From an uncultured Actinomycetota bacterium (GTDB lineage: Bacteria; Actinomycetota; Actinomycetes; Mycobacteriales; Pseudonocardiaceae): a stretch of DNA of 64,000 nt. The notes below the pieces were generated by a model, which was not told the origin of the DNA, ran no database searches, and was given only the letters and a program-made list of their open reading frames with translations. A program made the translations under genes and the position numbers. Positions within the stretch are counted from its first letter, which is position 1; every line of letters starts with the position of its first letter. Shown one piece after another: positions 1 to 9,752 of this stretch. Location: assembly GCA_963750095.1 (NCBI GenBank), contig CAVVPJ010000016.1:9806-73805 (forward strand). Reading direction: 5' to 3'.

Positions 1-115
1 CCCGGGCGGCCAGAGCGGCGGACAGATCGCGGACGTGCGCGTTCTGACCACCCGGGTCGGCCTCGCAGCGTTCGGGGAGCGGACCTGCGTTCCCGGACAT
101 CAGGTCGATCTTCAT
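1..115 (-). CDS. 5' part of a GT4 (MshA-like) glycosyltransferase, runs off window start
   Basis: Not in ORF track. GGAGG RBS then ATG (115): MKIDLMSGNAGPLPERCEADPGGQNAHVRDLSAALAAR, resembling the actinobacterial GT4 N-terminus MKIxxxS..GGQNxHV..L..AL. Confidence 0.7.
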   Translation of the reverse strand, partial: MKIDLMSGNAGPLPERCEADPGGQNAHVRDLSAALAAR

Positions 116-289
116 GGAGACCTCCGGTGCCGGTCCGGGGTGACGATCGCGGTCGGCGGCATGCCTTCGGCTACCCGGCTGGACACGGCTCATGCCGCAG
201 GCTTCGGTGGCCATCGGCAACCGGCCCCGCCCACCGCCCGCTGTCGGTGAGCGGTGGGTGTCGGTCGGCGGGGCGTGGGCTGGCTGTCG

Positions 290-703
290 CTACTGCGCCG
301 CGGCCGGTACCGGCTCGCGGCGGAGTGTGAGATGCACGTTCTCGGCGACGGTGACGATCTGGAGCAGCCGCCGCATCATCGTCGGCACGTTGACCAGAAC
401 CAGCAGCCTGCCCTGCGCCCGCAACGCCCGATCTGCCCGCAGCATCTCACCGACGCCCCGCGCCGAGATGAACCCCAGATCACTCAGATCCACGACAACG
501 ACACGCTGATCACCGTGCGCAGCGGACCTCGAGGACCGAGCTCGGCCCGCTGCGCCGTCCTCGTCGATCACTCGATCCAGTGCCACCGAAAGGACGGCCA
601 TCGACGAGATGTCGATGTCGCCCCGAACCCGCAGCTCCCGACAGTGCGCGTTCGGGGACACCAGGACCTCGAGCGACGACCCGCGAGTGCTGTGGGCGGA
701 CAT
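290..703 (-). CDS. STAS-domain anti-sigma factor antagonist
   Basis: LRVRGDID...VVVDLSDLGFISARGVGEML...LVLVNV motif; start at ATG 703 is a guess within ORF 290..976. Confidence 0.8.
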   Translation of the reverse strand: MSAHSTRGSSLEVLVSPNAHCRELRVRGDIDISSMAVLSVALDRVIDEDGAAGRARSSRSAAHGDQRVVVVDLSDLGFISARGVGEMLRADRALRAQGRLLVLVNVPTMMRRLLQIVTVAENVHLTLRREPVPAAAQ

Positions 704-962
704 CGACAGCGGCTGGGCCTGCTGATGCACGGATGACACTCCTCGCGTCGGATCGGGCGCATCCGGACGCGGCAACTGGTCGACCGTCGCGGCGGGCGGA
801 CACGCGACTGCAGTGGCTGTGGGTTCCAACCCGCCCACGAGTTTATGGGGTGCGCGCGGCCCGGCCACCTGACCGTTGTCTGACGGTGTGGATCGGCGTG
901 GGGGTCGCCGCCTCCCGCGGGTAGTCGACATCGTCGCGTCGATCTCGACCCCGGGAGCTGCC

Positions 963-2084
963 ATGTTCGAAGCCACACCCCACGACGCACGCAGGTTCGG
1001 TCGGGCGTCGGCCCTGGCTCTGGGCGCGCTGCTGGTGGCGGCGCTCCTCGCCGCGTGCAGCGCGCCCTCCGGCCCGCCCGCGCGGGCCTCCTCCGACGCC
1101 CCATCCGCCGCGGCCCAGCCCTCCGCCGCGGACCAGCCCTCCGCGGGCCCGGCGCTGCAGTCCGACTACGTGCGCGTGGTGAACACCGTGCTGCCCTCGG
1201 TCGTCCAGATCACCACCGACCGCGGACTCGGCTCGGGCGTGGTCTTCGACGCCAAGGGCGACATCGTCACCAACGCCCACGTCGTCGGGGACGCGACGAC
1301 CTTCCAGGTGCAGCTGCCGAGCAGCGCCCGACCGCTGCCCGCGACCCTGGTCGGGACCTACAAGCCCGACGACATCGCGGTCATCCATCTCCAGTCCCCG
1401 CCCGCGGACCTCAAGCCCGCCGCCTTCGGGGACTCCTCGAAGCTGGTGATCGGCGACATCGTCCTCGCCGTCGGCAACCCGCTGGGCCTGACCGGCAGCG
1501 TGACCAACGGCATCGTCTCCGCGGTCGGCCGCACCGTCACCGAACCCGCCGAGAACGGCAGGCAGGGCGCGACACTGCCGCAGGCCGTGCAGACCAGCGC
1601 CGCGATCAACCCTGGCAACAGCGGCGGGGCACTGGCGAACCTGTCCGGGCAGGTGGTCGGGATCCCGACACTGGCAGCGCTGGACCCGCAGACCGGCGGC
1701 TCCCCCGCGCCGGGCATCGGGTTCGCCATTCCCAGCAACATCGTCACCGACATCGCAGGGCAGTTGGTCGACAACAACGGCCACGTGCCCAACTCCCACC
1801 GGGCCGAGCTCGGCATCGGCGCGGCGACCGTGGTCGGCTCCGACGGCAACCCGGTCGGCGTCGGGGTCGCCCAGGTCCAGCCCGGCGGACCCGCCGCAGC
1901 CGCGGGCATCGCGGTCGGCGACATCATCACGGCCGTCAACGGCACGAACACGCCCACGACGGCGCAGCTCTCGCAGGTGCTCGCGGGCCTGAACCCCGGG
2001 CAGTCGGTCCCGGTGACCGTGCGCAACGAGCAGGGCACCTCCCGACAGGTCCAGGTGACGCTCGGACAACTGCCCGGCAGCTGA
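963..2084 (+). CDS. HtrA/DegP-like trypsin serine protease with PDZ domain, probable lipoprotein
   Basis: TNAHVV, DIAV, GNSGGAL catalytic triad motifs; C-terminal PDZ (GPAAAAGIAVGDIITAVNG); lipobox LLAAC. Confidence 0.92.
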   Translation: MFEATPHDARRFGRASALALGALLVAALLAACSAPSGPPARASSDAPSAAAQPSAADQPSAGPALQSDYVRVVNTVLPSVVQITTDRGLGSGVVFDAKGDIVTNAHVVGDATTFQVQLPSSARPLPATLVGTYKPDDIAVIHLQSPPADLKPAAFGDSSKLVIGDIVLAVGNPLGLTGSVTNGIVSAVGRTVTEPAENGRQGATLPQAVQTSAAINPGNSGGALANLSGQVVGIPTLAALDPQTGGSPAPGIGFAIPSNIVTDIAGQLVDNNGHVPNSHRAELGIGAATVVGSDGNPVGVGVAQVQPGGPAAAAGIAVGDIITAVNGTNTPTTAQLSQVLAGLNPGQSVPVTVRNEQGTSRQVQVTLGQLPGS

Positions 2085-2141
2085 GCGTCCGATGCCTGCG
2101 ACCAAGGATCCCGCGCCTGCCCGTTCCACCGGTGCCGCGCC

Positions 2142-2807
2142 GTGAACCCGTTGCACAACGCGCTGCGGAGGTCCTGGCGGCGGTTGCACGAGCTTCCGGA
2201 GGCGGAGCGGCGCAACTCCGACCCCGCCAGCCTGAGCGGGCGCCTCGAACGCGCCTGGGGCTGGCCCGGCGTCGGCGTCGTCACCGCGGCAGGCGCCCTG
2301 GCGGTCTTCGCGGTCTTGGGCCTGGTGGCCTGGGCCAGCGGACTTCCCTGGCTGTTCCCCAGCCTCGCCCCGACCGTCGTGCTCATGCTCGAGACCCCGC
2401 AACGCGCCCAGGCGAGCCCCCGCAACGCCGTCGTCGGGCACCTGGTGGGTATCGGCGCGGGCTACGCGACCCTGGTCGCGTTCGGCCTGACACGGGTCGG
2501 GCCCGCGACGGTCGTCGGCGTCGGGCCGCGACGCGTCGCGGCGGCGGCGCTCGCGGTCGCGGTGACCGCACTACTGATCAACGGTGTCGGCCTGCCGCAC
2601 CCTCCCGCGGTGTCCAGCACGCTCGTCGTCGCGCTGGGAGTGCTGCGCACGCCCGTGGCGCTCGCGGTCATGGCGGCGGCCTGCGTGCTGACGGTCGCGC
2701 TGTGCGTCACGGTCAACCGCCTCGCGGGCGCCGCGTCGCCGCTGTGGTCACCCCGGGCACCCAGGACGACCTCGCCCCATGGGATCTCGACGAAGGAGCG
2801 GACCTGA
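2142..2807 (+). CDS. HPP family membrane protein
   Basis: LFPSLAPT, ASPRNAVVGH and PHPPA motifs; multiple TM segments. Confidence 0.85.
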   Translation: MNPLHNALRRSWRRLHELPEAERRNSDPASLSGRLERAWGWPGVGVVTAAGALAVFAVLGLVAWASGLPWLFPSLAPTVVLMLETPQRAQASPRNAVVGHLVGIGAGYATLVAFGLTRVGPATVVGVGPRRVAAAALAVAVTALLINGVGLPHPPAVSSTLVVALGVLRTPVALAVMAAACVLTVALCVTVNRLAGAASPLWSPRAPRTTSPHGISTKERT

Positions 2808-2989
2808 CCGCGATCGAGCGCCACGAGCGGCGCACCATGAACCGGACGGGGGTGCCGTCGGCCGTGCGGGACCGGACGGCGGCGCCCGCGTCGACCTGAC
2901 GATCCGCTGACGAGGCCGTGACGGTCCGCCATCGCGGCTGGTCTCCGGGTAGTCGTCATCGTCCGCCGACACGTCGACCCGGAAGCCTC

Positions 2990-3706
2990 ATGCCTGCCGA
3001 CCCGCCCCACACACCTCCCGAATGGCTCCACGTCCTCGCCTGGCTGTCGCTGGCCACCGCGTTCGCCTGTGCCCTGGTGATCGCGTTCGACATCCTCGTG
3101 CGCCGCTACCGCCAGCCCATGCGGATCATGGAGGTCGTCTGGCCGGTCACCGCGCTGTACCTGGGACCGCTGGCCGTCTGGGGGTATCTGCGCTACGGAC
3201 GCCCGAAAAGCACGCGGTGGCTGGACGAGCACTCGCGGCGCGAGCCACCGCAGCGACCCGCGTGGACAGGCAGCGCGCTCGGCGTGAGCCACTGCGGGGC
3301 CGGATGCACCCTGGGCGACATCATCGCCGAGTTCGCCGTCTTCGGTCTGGGCGCCACGGTCGCAGGCACCGCGCTGTTCGCCGAGATGATCGGCGACTAC
3401 GCGGCGGCGTTGGTGCTCGGCATCGCCTTCCAGTACTTCGCCATCGCGCCGATGCGCGGCCTCGGGGTGCGCAAAGGCCTCGTGCAGGCGGCCAAAGCGG
3501 ACGTCGCCAGCCTGACCAGCTTCGAGGTCGGCCTGTTCGGCTGGATGGCACTGATGTACTACGTCCTCTTCCCGGCACCCGACCATCTCCACCCGGACTC
3601 CGCGGTCTACTGGTTCCTCATGCAGGTGGGGATGGCGATCGGTTTCGCGACGGCGTGGCCCACCAACGTCTGGCTCATCCGGCGCGGGATCAAGGAGTCC
3701 ATGTGA
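2990..3706 (+). CDS. DUF4396-family membrane protein
   Basis: HCGAGCTLGDIIAE, GIAFQYFAI, FWFLMQVGMAIGFATAWPTNVWLIRRGIKESM. Confidence 0.85.
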   Translation: MPADPPHTPPEWLHVLAWLSLATAFACALVIAFDILVRRYRQPMRIMEVVWPVTALYLGPLAVWGYLRYGRPKSTRWLDEHSRREPPQRPAWTGSALGVSHCGAGCTLGDIIAEFAVFGLGATVAGTALFAEMIGDYAAALVLGIAFQYFAIAPMRGLGVRKGLVQAAKADVASLTSFEVGLFGWMALMYYVLFPAPDHLHPDSAVYWFLMQVGMAIGFATAWPTNVWLIRRGIKESM

Positions 3707-3874
3707 GCGGCGTCGTCCGTGCGGAGCCGCCGCGCCTGACGGCCCGCTGACAATCCGCGGCGGCTCGCCATCGGCCCGCAGGCACAGGTTTCGCCGCGGC
3801 CCGCGAGGACACCCGACTTCCGATGAGAGCGTGCCGGGTCCCGGACCGGCACCCGTCTCAAGGAAGGAAGTCCC

Positions 3875-4045
3875 ATGACAGTCAGCGGAAACCCCACCAA
3901 CGGGTCAGGCGGATCCGACCAGGAGTTCTGGCGGTCCCACACGTCGATATCCCTCTCGCCGATCGCCGATCGCCGCACCGTCGATCCTCGGCCTGTTCGG
4001 CTTCGCGGCGTCCACCTTCGCCGTCGCCACGAACCTGGCCAGTAG
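3875..4045 (+). pseudogene. Frameshifted, truncated remnant of a GPR1/FUN34/YaaH (SatP-like) transporter
   Basis: AAGGAAG RBS + ATG 3875; removing a 7-bp tandem duplication (cgccgat x2, 3957-3970) gives ...SPIAAPSILGLFGFAASTFAVATNLA, the YaaH first-TM motif; similarity then ends. Confidence 0.6.
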
Positions 4046-4085
4046 TCCCACCCGCGGGGACCGCAGGCCAGACGGCGCCAGCCGT

Positions 4086-4322
4086 TCACCGGCGCCGCAG
4101 CATGCGCCACAGCCGCAGCGGCAGCAGACCGAACAGCGGCGCGCGGCGCCCGAGGTCCTGGCGGTCCTCGCGGTCGAACGCGGCGGCGAAGCGGGCTGCC
4201 TCAGCCGGATCCCCGTAGGTCCGGTTGCCGCCCGCGCCGCACCCGCGTTCACAGCGCCAGGTCATCGTCGACCCCTCGGCGCTGAATCGGAACCGATGCC
4301 CCAGCACTCCGCACGTCGTCAC
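4086..4322 (-). CDS. Small hypothetical protein (His/Cys-containing)
   Basis: CxxxGH..FSAEGSTMTWRCERGCG..YGDPAEAARFAAAFDRED; good codon usage; GGGTAG box 9 nt upstream. Confidence 0.65.
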   Translation of the reverse strand: MTTCGVLGHRFRFSAEGSTMTWRCERGCGAGGNRTYGDPAEAARFAAAFDREDRQDLGRRAPLFGLLPLRLWRMLRRR

Positions 4323-4360
4323 GACCTTCTCCTACCCACGACAAGACGATAGGCCCCGTC

Positions 4361-7015
4361 ATGGCAGACACGGCGATCCAGACCGGCACCATCCGAACTC
4401 TGATACCCGCACGGCTGGACCGCCTGCCGTGGGCCCGCTTCCATTGGCGCATCCTCATCGGCCTCGGCACCGTGTGGATCCTCGACGGGCTCGAGGTGAC
4501 GATGGTCGGCTCGGTGGCGGGCCGGATCACGGAGCCGGACAGCGGGCTGAACCTCACCGCAGGCGACATCGGGATCGCGGGCGCGATCTACGTCATCGGC
4601 GCCTGTCTCGGCGCGTTGGTGTTCGGGCAGCTCACCGACCGGTTCGGCCGCAAGAAGCTGTTCATGGTGACGCTCGGCGTGTACATCCTCGCGACGGCGG
4701 CGACCGGGGCGGCGATGTCGGCGATCTGGTTCTTCGCCGCCCGGTTCGTGACCGGGGCGGGCATCGGCGGCGAGTACGCGGCCATCAACTCGGCCGTCGA
4801 CGAGCTCATCCCGGCCCGGGTGCGCGGGCGCATCGACCTGCTCATCAACGGCACCTACTGGCTCGGTTCCGCGGCAGGTTCGGGCCTGGCGATCCTGTTC
4901 CTCGACCGGGCGATCTTCCCGGCGAACCTGGGCTGGCGGCTGGCGTTCGGTGTGGGCATCGTGCTGGGGCTCACGATCCTGCTGATCCGCAGGCACGTGC
5001 CGGAGAGCCCGCGCTGGCTGTTCATCCACGGGCGCGAGGAGGAGGCCGAGAGGATCGTCCGCGGCATCGAGGACGACATCACCGACGAGACGGGCGCCGA
5101 GCTCGAGGAGCCGCAGGACAGCCTGACCGTCCGGCAGCGGCGCAGCATCCCCTTCCGCGAGATCGCGCGCGTGGCCTTCTCGCTCTACCCGCGCCGGGCC
5201 GTGCTCGGGCTGGCGCTGTTCGTCGGCCAGGCCTTCATCTACAACGGGATCACGTTCAACCTCGGGACGCTCTTCACGACGTTCTACGGGGTCTCCTCGA
5301 GCTTCGTCCCGGTCTTCGTGATCATCTACGCGGTCGGCAACCTCCTGGGCCCGGTGACCCTGGGAAGGCTGTTCGACACGGTCGGGCGCAAGCGGATGAT
5401 CTCCGGCACCTACCTGGGCTCGGCGATCGCGACCATCCCGCTGGCGCTCGTCTTCGTGTTCGGCGTCGGGGGACCCTGGCTCCTGATCGGCCTGATCGTG
5501 ATCACCTTCTTCCTCGCGTCCGCCGGAGCGAGCGCGGCCTACCTCACCGTGTCGGAGATCTTCCCGATGGAGACGCGCGCGCTGGCGATCGCGTTCTTCT
5601 ACGCGGTCGGGACCGCGGCCGGGGGCATCGCCGGGCCTCTGCTGTTCGGTCAGCTGATCAACTCCGGGGAGCGGCCCCTGGTGATGATCGCCTTCCTCAT
5701 CGGTGCCGCGGTGATGGCCGTCGGCGGTGTGACGGAGATCCTTTACGGAGTGGCAGCAGAACGCCAGAGCCTGGAGTCCATCGCGATGCCGCTCACCGCG
5801 GAGGAGGCGCAGGACGGCGGGCCCGACCAGGAGGGCGGGCCCGGCGACGAGCGTCCGTCGGGCAGGCCCGGCCAGAACGGCCGTCCGTCCGACCGGTGGC
5901 TGGCGGCCCAGGGCTGCCGTGAGGAGGCCGAGCGCGCCCGCGCCCGGGCGGCCGAGCACCGCGCCGAGGCGTACGACGTCCAGGCCGACGGCGACACGCC
6001 CGGCACCGGGGACCGCCACCACGTCGCCCTCACCCTCGCCCGCATCGACGAGCTGCGGGCCGACGAGCTCGAACAGCTGGCACTCGCCCACGACGAGCTC
6101 GCCGACGCGCACGACGGCGACGCGCCCGGCGCCGTGTACCGCGCACAGGCCGCCGAGCAGCGCGCCAGGATGCTGTCCGCGCAGGCAGCGGCGCTGAGCG
6201 CGGAGAACGCCGAAGAGGGCGAGCGGCACCTGCACCGGGCCCAGGCCGCCGAAGAGCACGCCAGGGCCCGCGAGCAGCATGCGCTCGCCGAGGTCGCCGC
6301 GCAGAGCGCGCCGTCCGGCCCCGACCAGCGCGGTGCGTCCGACCGGCGCGCGCAGCGGGAGATCGCGCAGGCGCGGGCGGCCATGCACCGGACGTGGGCC
6401 GAGCTGCACGAACAGCGGGCCGCCGCGCACGAAGCGGCCGCCGACGCGGACACCGACGCCCGTCGTCGTCACGAAGCGAGGGCGGCCGAGCTCGAACGGC
6501 TGGGGTTGGCGGCCGAGGAGCGGGTGCAGGCCAGCGAGCACCGTGGCGCCGCCGAGGAGCTACACGAGGAGCGGGACGCTGCCGTGGAGTCGCGGACCGA
6601 ATCGGCCGAGGCCGAGCGCCGCGACGTGGAGGCCCGCCTGCGGGAGGAGCGCATCCAGAGCCGCATCGAGCGCCGCCTGCGCCTCGATCGGACGGGCCTG
6701 CGGCGACTGCGTCCCGGACCCAGCACGACGATCGGGTCGCCGTGGCTGGGCGCCATGCCACCGCCGATGGCCTCGGAACGGGCGCTGGACCACGAGGTCG
6801 ACGTCATCGCCCGCGCGCTCGCCGAGCACGGCCCGACCGAGCGGCGCGAGCTCGCGCGGCGCATCGGAGCCCGCTACTGGGGTCCGGGACGGTTCGGGAC
6901 CGCCCTCGACACGGCGGTCGACGAGGGCCGCGCGACCCGCATGACCCGCCGCACCTACGGGCCTGGGGACGACGATGCCGCTGCCGGGAGCGACGGCGGG
7001 GGTCACCACGGCTGA
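4361..7015 (+). CDS. MFS transporter with ~400-aa soluble C-terminal extension
   Basis: GQLTDRFGRK, GGEY, PESPRWL, SEIFP motifs in first ~480 aa; then Ala/Glu/Arg-rich helical region and a possible winged-helix end. Confidence 0.88.
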   Translation: MADTAIQTGTIRTLIPARLDRLPWARFHWRILIGLGTVWILDGLEVTMVGSVAGRITEPDSGLNLTAGDIGIAGAIYVIGACLGALVFGQLTDRFGRKKLFMVTLGVYILATAATGAAMSAIWFFAARFVTGAGIGGEYAAINSAVDELIPARVRGRIDLLINGTYWLGSAAGSGLAILFLDRAIFPANLGWRLAFGVGIVLGLTILLIRRHVPESPRWLFIHGREEEAERIVRGIEDDITDETGAELEEPQDSLTVRQRRSIPFREIARVAFSLYPRRAVLGLALFVGQAFIYNGITFNLGTLFTTFYGVSSSFVPVFVIIYAVGNLLGPVTLGRLFDTVGRKRMISGTYLGSAIATIPLALVFVFGVGGPWLLIGLIVITFFLASAGASAAYLTVSEIFPMETRALAIAFFYAVGTAAGGIAGPLLFGQLINSGERPLVMIAFLIGAAVMAVGGVTEILYGVAAERQSLESIAMPLTAEEAQDGGPDQEGGPGDERPSGRPGQNGRPSDRWLAAQGCREEAERARARAAEHRAEAYDVQADGDTPGTGDRHHVALTLARIDELRADELEQLALAHDELADAHDGDAPGAVYRAQAAEQRARMLSAQAAALSAENAEEGERHLHRAQAAEEHARAREQHALAEVAAQSAPSGPDQRGASDRRAQREIAQARAAMHRTWAELHEQRAAAHEAAADADTDARRRHEARAAELERLGLAAEERVQASEHRGAAEELHEERDAAVESRTESAEAERRDVEARLREERIQSRIERRLRLDRTGLRRLRPGPSTTIGSPWLGAMPPPMASERALDHEVDVIARALAEHGPTERRELARRIGARYWGPGRFGTALDTAVDEGRATRMTRRTYGPGDDDAAAGSDGGGHHG

Positions 7016-7145
7016 GCGCCCGCGCCGCCGCCCCGGCCGTGCCGTGCGTGGACGCCGCCGGGGTGGCGGCCCGGCGGCGGCGACCGCCACGGCGACCCGC
7101 GCGACGTCGAACGCGGACGGCCGCAGGCCGGGGCCGCGCGGCGGG

Positions 7146-8312
7146 TCATGGACGGCGAAGGCCGCGCCTGCGTCCACGTCGGCGCGCGGTCGGTGCGGCG
7201 TCCGCAGGCCCGGGCCGCCCCAGCAGCACCGGCCCCGCCCGGTAGACGATCGCGGCGACCGGCACCGACGCGACCGCACCGACCACACCGAACAGCACCG
7301 TGCCGACCGCCAGCGCCAGCCCGATCGCCAGGGGGTGCAGCCGCACGTAGCGGCCGACGATGAGCGGCTGCAGCAGGTGCGACTCGAGCTCGTCCTCGAC
7401 GATGAGCACGGCCAGCAGGATCAGCGCGGCCACCCAGCCCTGCGTGCCGAGGGTGACCAGCACACCGATGCCGCCTGCGACGAGCGCGCCGAGGATCGGC
7501 ACGAAGCTGCCCACGAAGACCACGACGGCGATCGGCACGACGAGCGGCACCCCGAGCAGAAACGCGACACCGCCGATCACGATGGTGTGGATCAACGCGA
7601 TGACGACGGTCCCGTGGACGTAGCCGGTGAGCGTCCCCCAGGCGACCCGGCCCGCCGCGTCGACCCGGCCCCCGGCGGTGTGCGGCAGCAGCCCGGTCAG
7701 GAACCGCCAGACCCGCTCGCCGTCCTTGAGCAGGAAGAACGTGACGAACAGCGTCAGCACCACCAGGGTGAGCAGCTCAGCGACGTAGCCGACACCGGTG
7801 GTGAGATAGCCGAGCAGATCGCTGCCATGGCTCTGCACCCAGTCGGTCAGCGTCTGTTCGAGGCGTGCGAACGGCACCTGGTCCACGGTGAGGCCCGTCC
7901 GGCCGAGCAGCGACCGCAACCCCTCGAGGGTGCCCCGGACGTCGGCGACGATCTCGTCCATCTGCTGGGTGACCCGCAGCTCGACCAGGTACCCGAGCCC
8001 GCCCACCGCCACGACCGCGACCAGCAGCGTGGCCAGCGCCGCGGGCGCGCGCGGCAGCCACCGTCGCAGGAACCGAGTCACCGGTCGGAGCAGGGCGGTC
8101 AACAACAGGGCGGCGAGGATGGGGACGACCACGAGCCACAGCAGCGCGAGCACCTGGACGGCGAGGTAGGCTGCCCCGCCGAGCAGCACCAGGCGCCAGA
8201 CCCACGACACGGTCAGGTCGAGCCCGCGGGGCACCCTCCGCCCCCGCGGACGGGTCCGCCCGCGTGCCCGATCGCGACCCGGCCCCCGACCGGCCGCGGC
8301 TGCGCTCGCCAT
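7146..8312 (-). CDS. AI-2E family transporter
   Basis: FFLLKDG, FVPILGALVAG, LESHLLQPLIVGRYVRLHPL; start uncertain. Confidence 0.88.
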   Translation of the reverse strand: MASAAAAGRGPGRDRARGRTRPRGRRVPRGLDLTVSWVWRLVLLGGAAYLAVQVLALLWLVVVPILAALLLTALLRPVTRFLRRWLPRAPAALATLLVAVVAVGGLGYLVELRVTQQMDEIVADVRGTLEGLRSLLGRTGLTVDQVPFARLEQTLTDWVQSHGSDLLGYLTTGVGYVAELLTLVVLTLFVTFFLLKDGERVWRFLTGLLPHTAGGRVDAAGRVAWGTLTGYVHGTVVIALIHTIVIGGVAFLLGVPLVVPIAVVVFVGSFVPILGALVAGGIGVLVTLGTQGWVAALILLAVLIVEDELESHLLQPLIVGRYVRLHPLAIGLALAVGTVLFGVVGAVASVPVAAIVYRAGPVLLGRPGPADAAPTARRRGRRRGLRRP

Positions 8313-8329
8313 CCGTCGGCGGGCGGGTG

Positions 8330-9592
8330 TCAGGGCCGTCCCGGTGAGCACGCGCGACCCGGCTGCGCGGGGTCGGCGGCCACCGGCGGGCCGTCCGGGT
8401 GCGGCCGCGCGTCGTCAGGCGCCCCTTCCGGACCCCAGGCGAGGGCGAGCAGGAGGTTGATCCGCGCGTCGGCCTGTTCGAGCGCCGGACCGAACAGCTC
8501 CCGCAGCCGCGCCACGCGGTAGCTGACCGTCTGCGGATGAACGTGCAGCTCCGCCGCGACCGCCTGGCGGTCGCCCATCTGCCGTAGCCACGACAGCAAC
8601 GTGCGGGACAACCGCTCCCGCGCGGGCGAGCTCAGCCTCGCGAGCGGGGCCAGGCAGCGCGAACGCAGCGCCGCCAGCAGCTCGTCGTCCTGATGCACCA
8701 GGATCGTGTCGAGGTGCTCGTCGACGAACAACGGGTCGTCGCTGATCCCGTACGCGCGCGCGACGCGCAACGACCGCGCCGCCAGCCGCAGCGCCGTGGG
8801 CAGGCCTTCGACCGGCACCTCCGCGCTGACCGCCGTGCCCGCGCCGCGCAGCAGCGCGGCGATCCGCCGCCGCTGGCCGGGCCCGTTCGGGTCGGGCACG
8901 ATCGCCACCCGCGCGTCAGCCCGCTGTGCGTGCAGCGTGCCCTGTGGCAGACGTGCCATCATCTCCCTGGCGACGTCGTTGTCCGGGTCGGCAAGCACCA
9001 CCGCGGCCTGCCGGGGCAGCGGCCAGCGTGCGGCCCGTGCCGCACGGGCGACCGCCGCAAGGTTGCCGCGGTCGGACAACAGCAACCGCGCGAGCTCCTC
9101 CCGCGCGTGCTCGCGCATGGCGGGCGTCTCGGACTGCTCCCGCATGAACCCGCGCAGCGAATGTGCCGACAACCTGCTGACCGCGGCGAGCACGACCCGC
9201 GCCAGACGTGCGCAGACCTCGACCGACACCGCGCGCTCGACGGCGACCTCGCTCATCACCCGCCACAGCACCAACGCGCCCGCGTGGTAGGCGGCCACCA
9301 GGTCGGCCACCTCCCGACCGTCCCGTCGATGCGCACGCCCGATCTCCTCGAACAGCGGCTGTTCAAGGCCCTCCGGGCCTGCCGCGCTGCCCGTGCGGGC
9401 CTCCTCGACCAGCCGCAGCACGAACGCGGGCGCCGCCGCCACGACCTCCTCGTGCGCCTCGTCCAGGAATGCGGCGTACTCCGGCTGCCCCTCGGCCAGC
9501 AGTTCCCGGACCTCCGCCAGAACCGCCGGGAGGCGCCCGACCACCGCCCATGCGAGGCCGGTGTACCGCTCATCTGCGTCCGCCTGCGTCAT
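8330..9592 (-). CDS. PucR/CdaR family transcriptional regulator
   Basis: C-terminal HTH LSRTLLSWL...AVAAELHVHPQTVSYRVARLRELFG. Confidence 0.9.
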   Translation of the reverse strand: MTQADADERYTGLAWAVVGRLPAVLAEVRELLAEGQPEYAAFLDEAHEEVVAAAPAFVLRLVEEARTGSAAGPEGLEQPLFEEIGRAHRRDGREVADLVAAYHAGALVLWRVMSEVAVERAVSVEVCARLARVVLAAVSRLSAHSLRGFMREQSETPAMREHAREELARLLLSDRGNLAAVARAARAARWPLPRQAAVVLADPDNDVAREMMARLPQGTLHAQRADARVAIVPDPNGPGQRRRIAALLRGAGTAVSAEVPVEGLPTALRLAARSLRVARAYGISDDPLFVDEHLDTILVHQDDELLAALRSRCLAPLARLSSPARERLSRTLLSWLRQMGDRQAVAAELHVHPQTVSYRVARLRELFGPALEQADARINLLLALAWGPEGAPDDARPHPDGPPVAADPAQPGRACSPGRP

Positions 9593-9752
9593 GTCGGACG
9601 CCCCCCTGCCATGCCCACGTCGACCTCCCGATGCGCCGAAGCCGCCACCGCGGCTGTCCGCAGTTACCCGCCCATGCGAGGCTTACGCGTCGCCTTCGCG
9701 TGCGCCGCTGACGCTCACCTGACGATCCGCCGCGCGACCGGTCACCCCGAAA

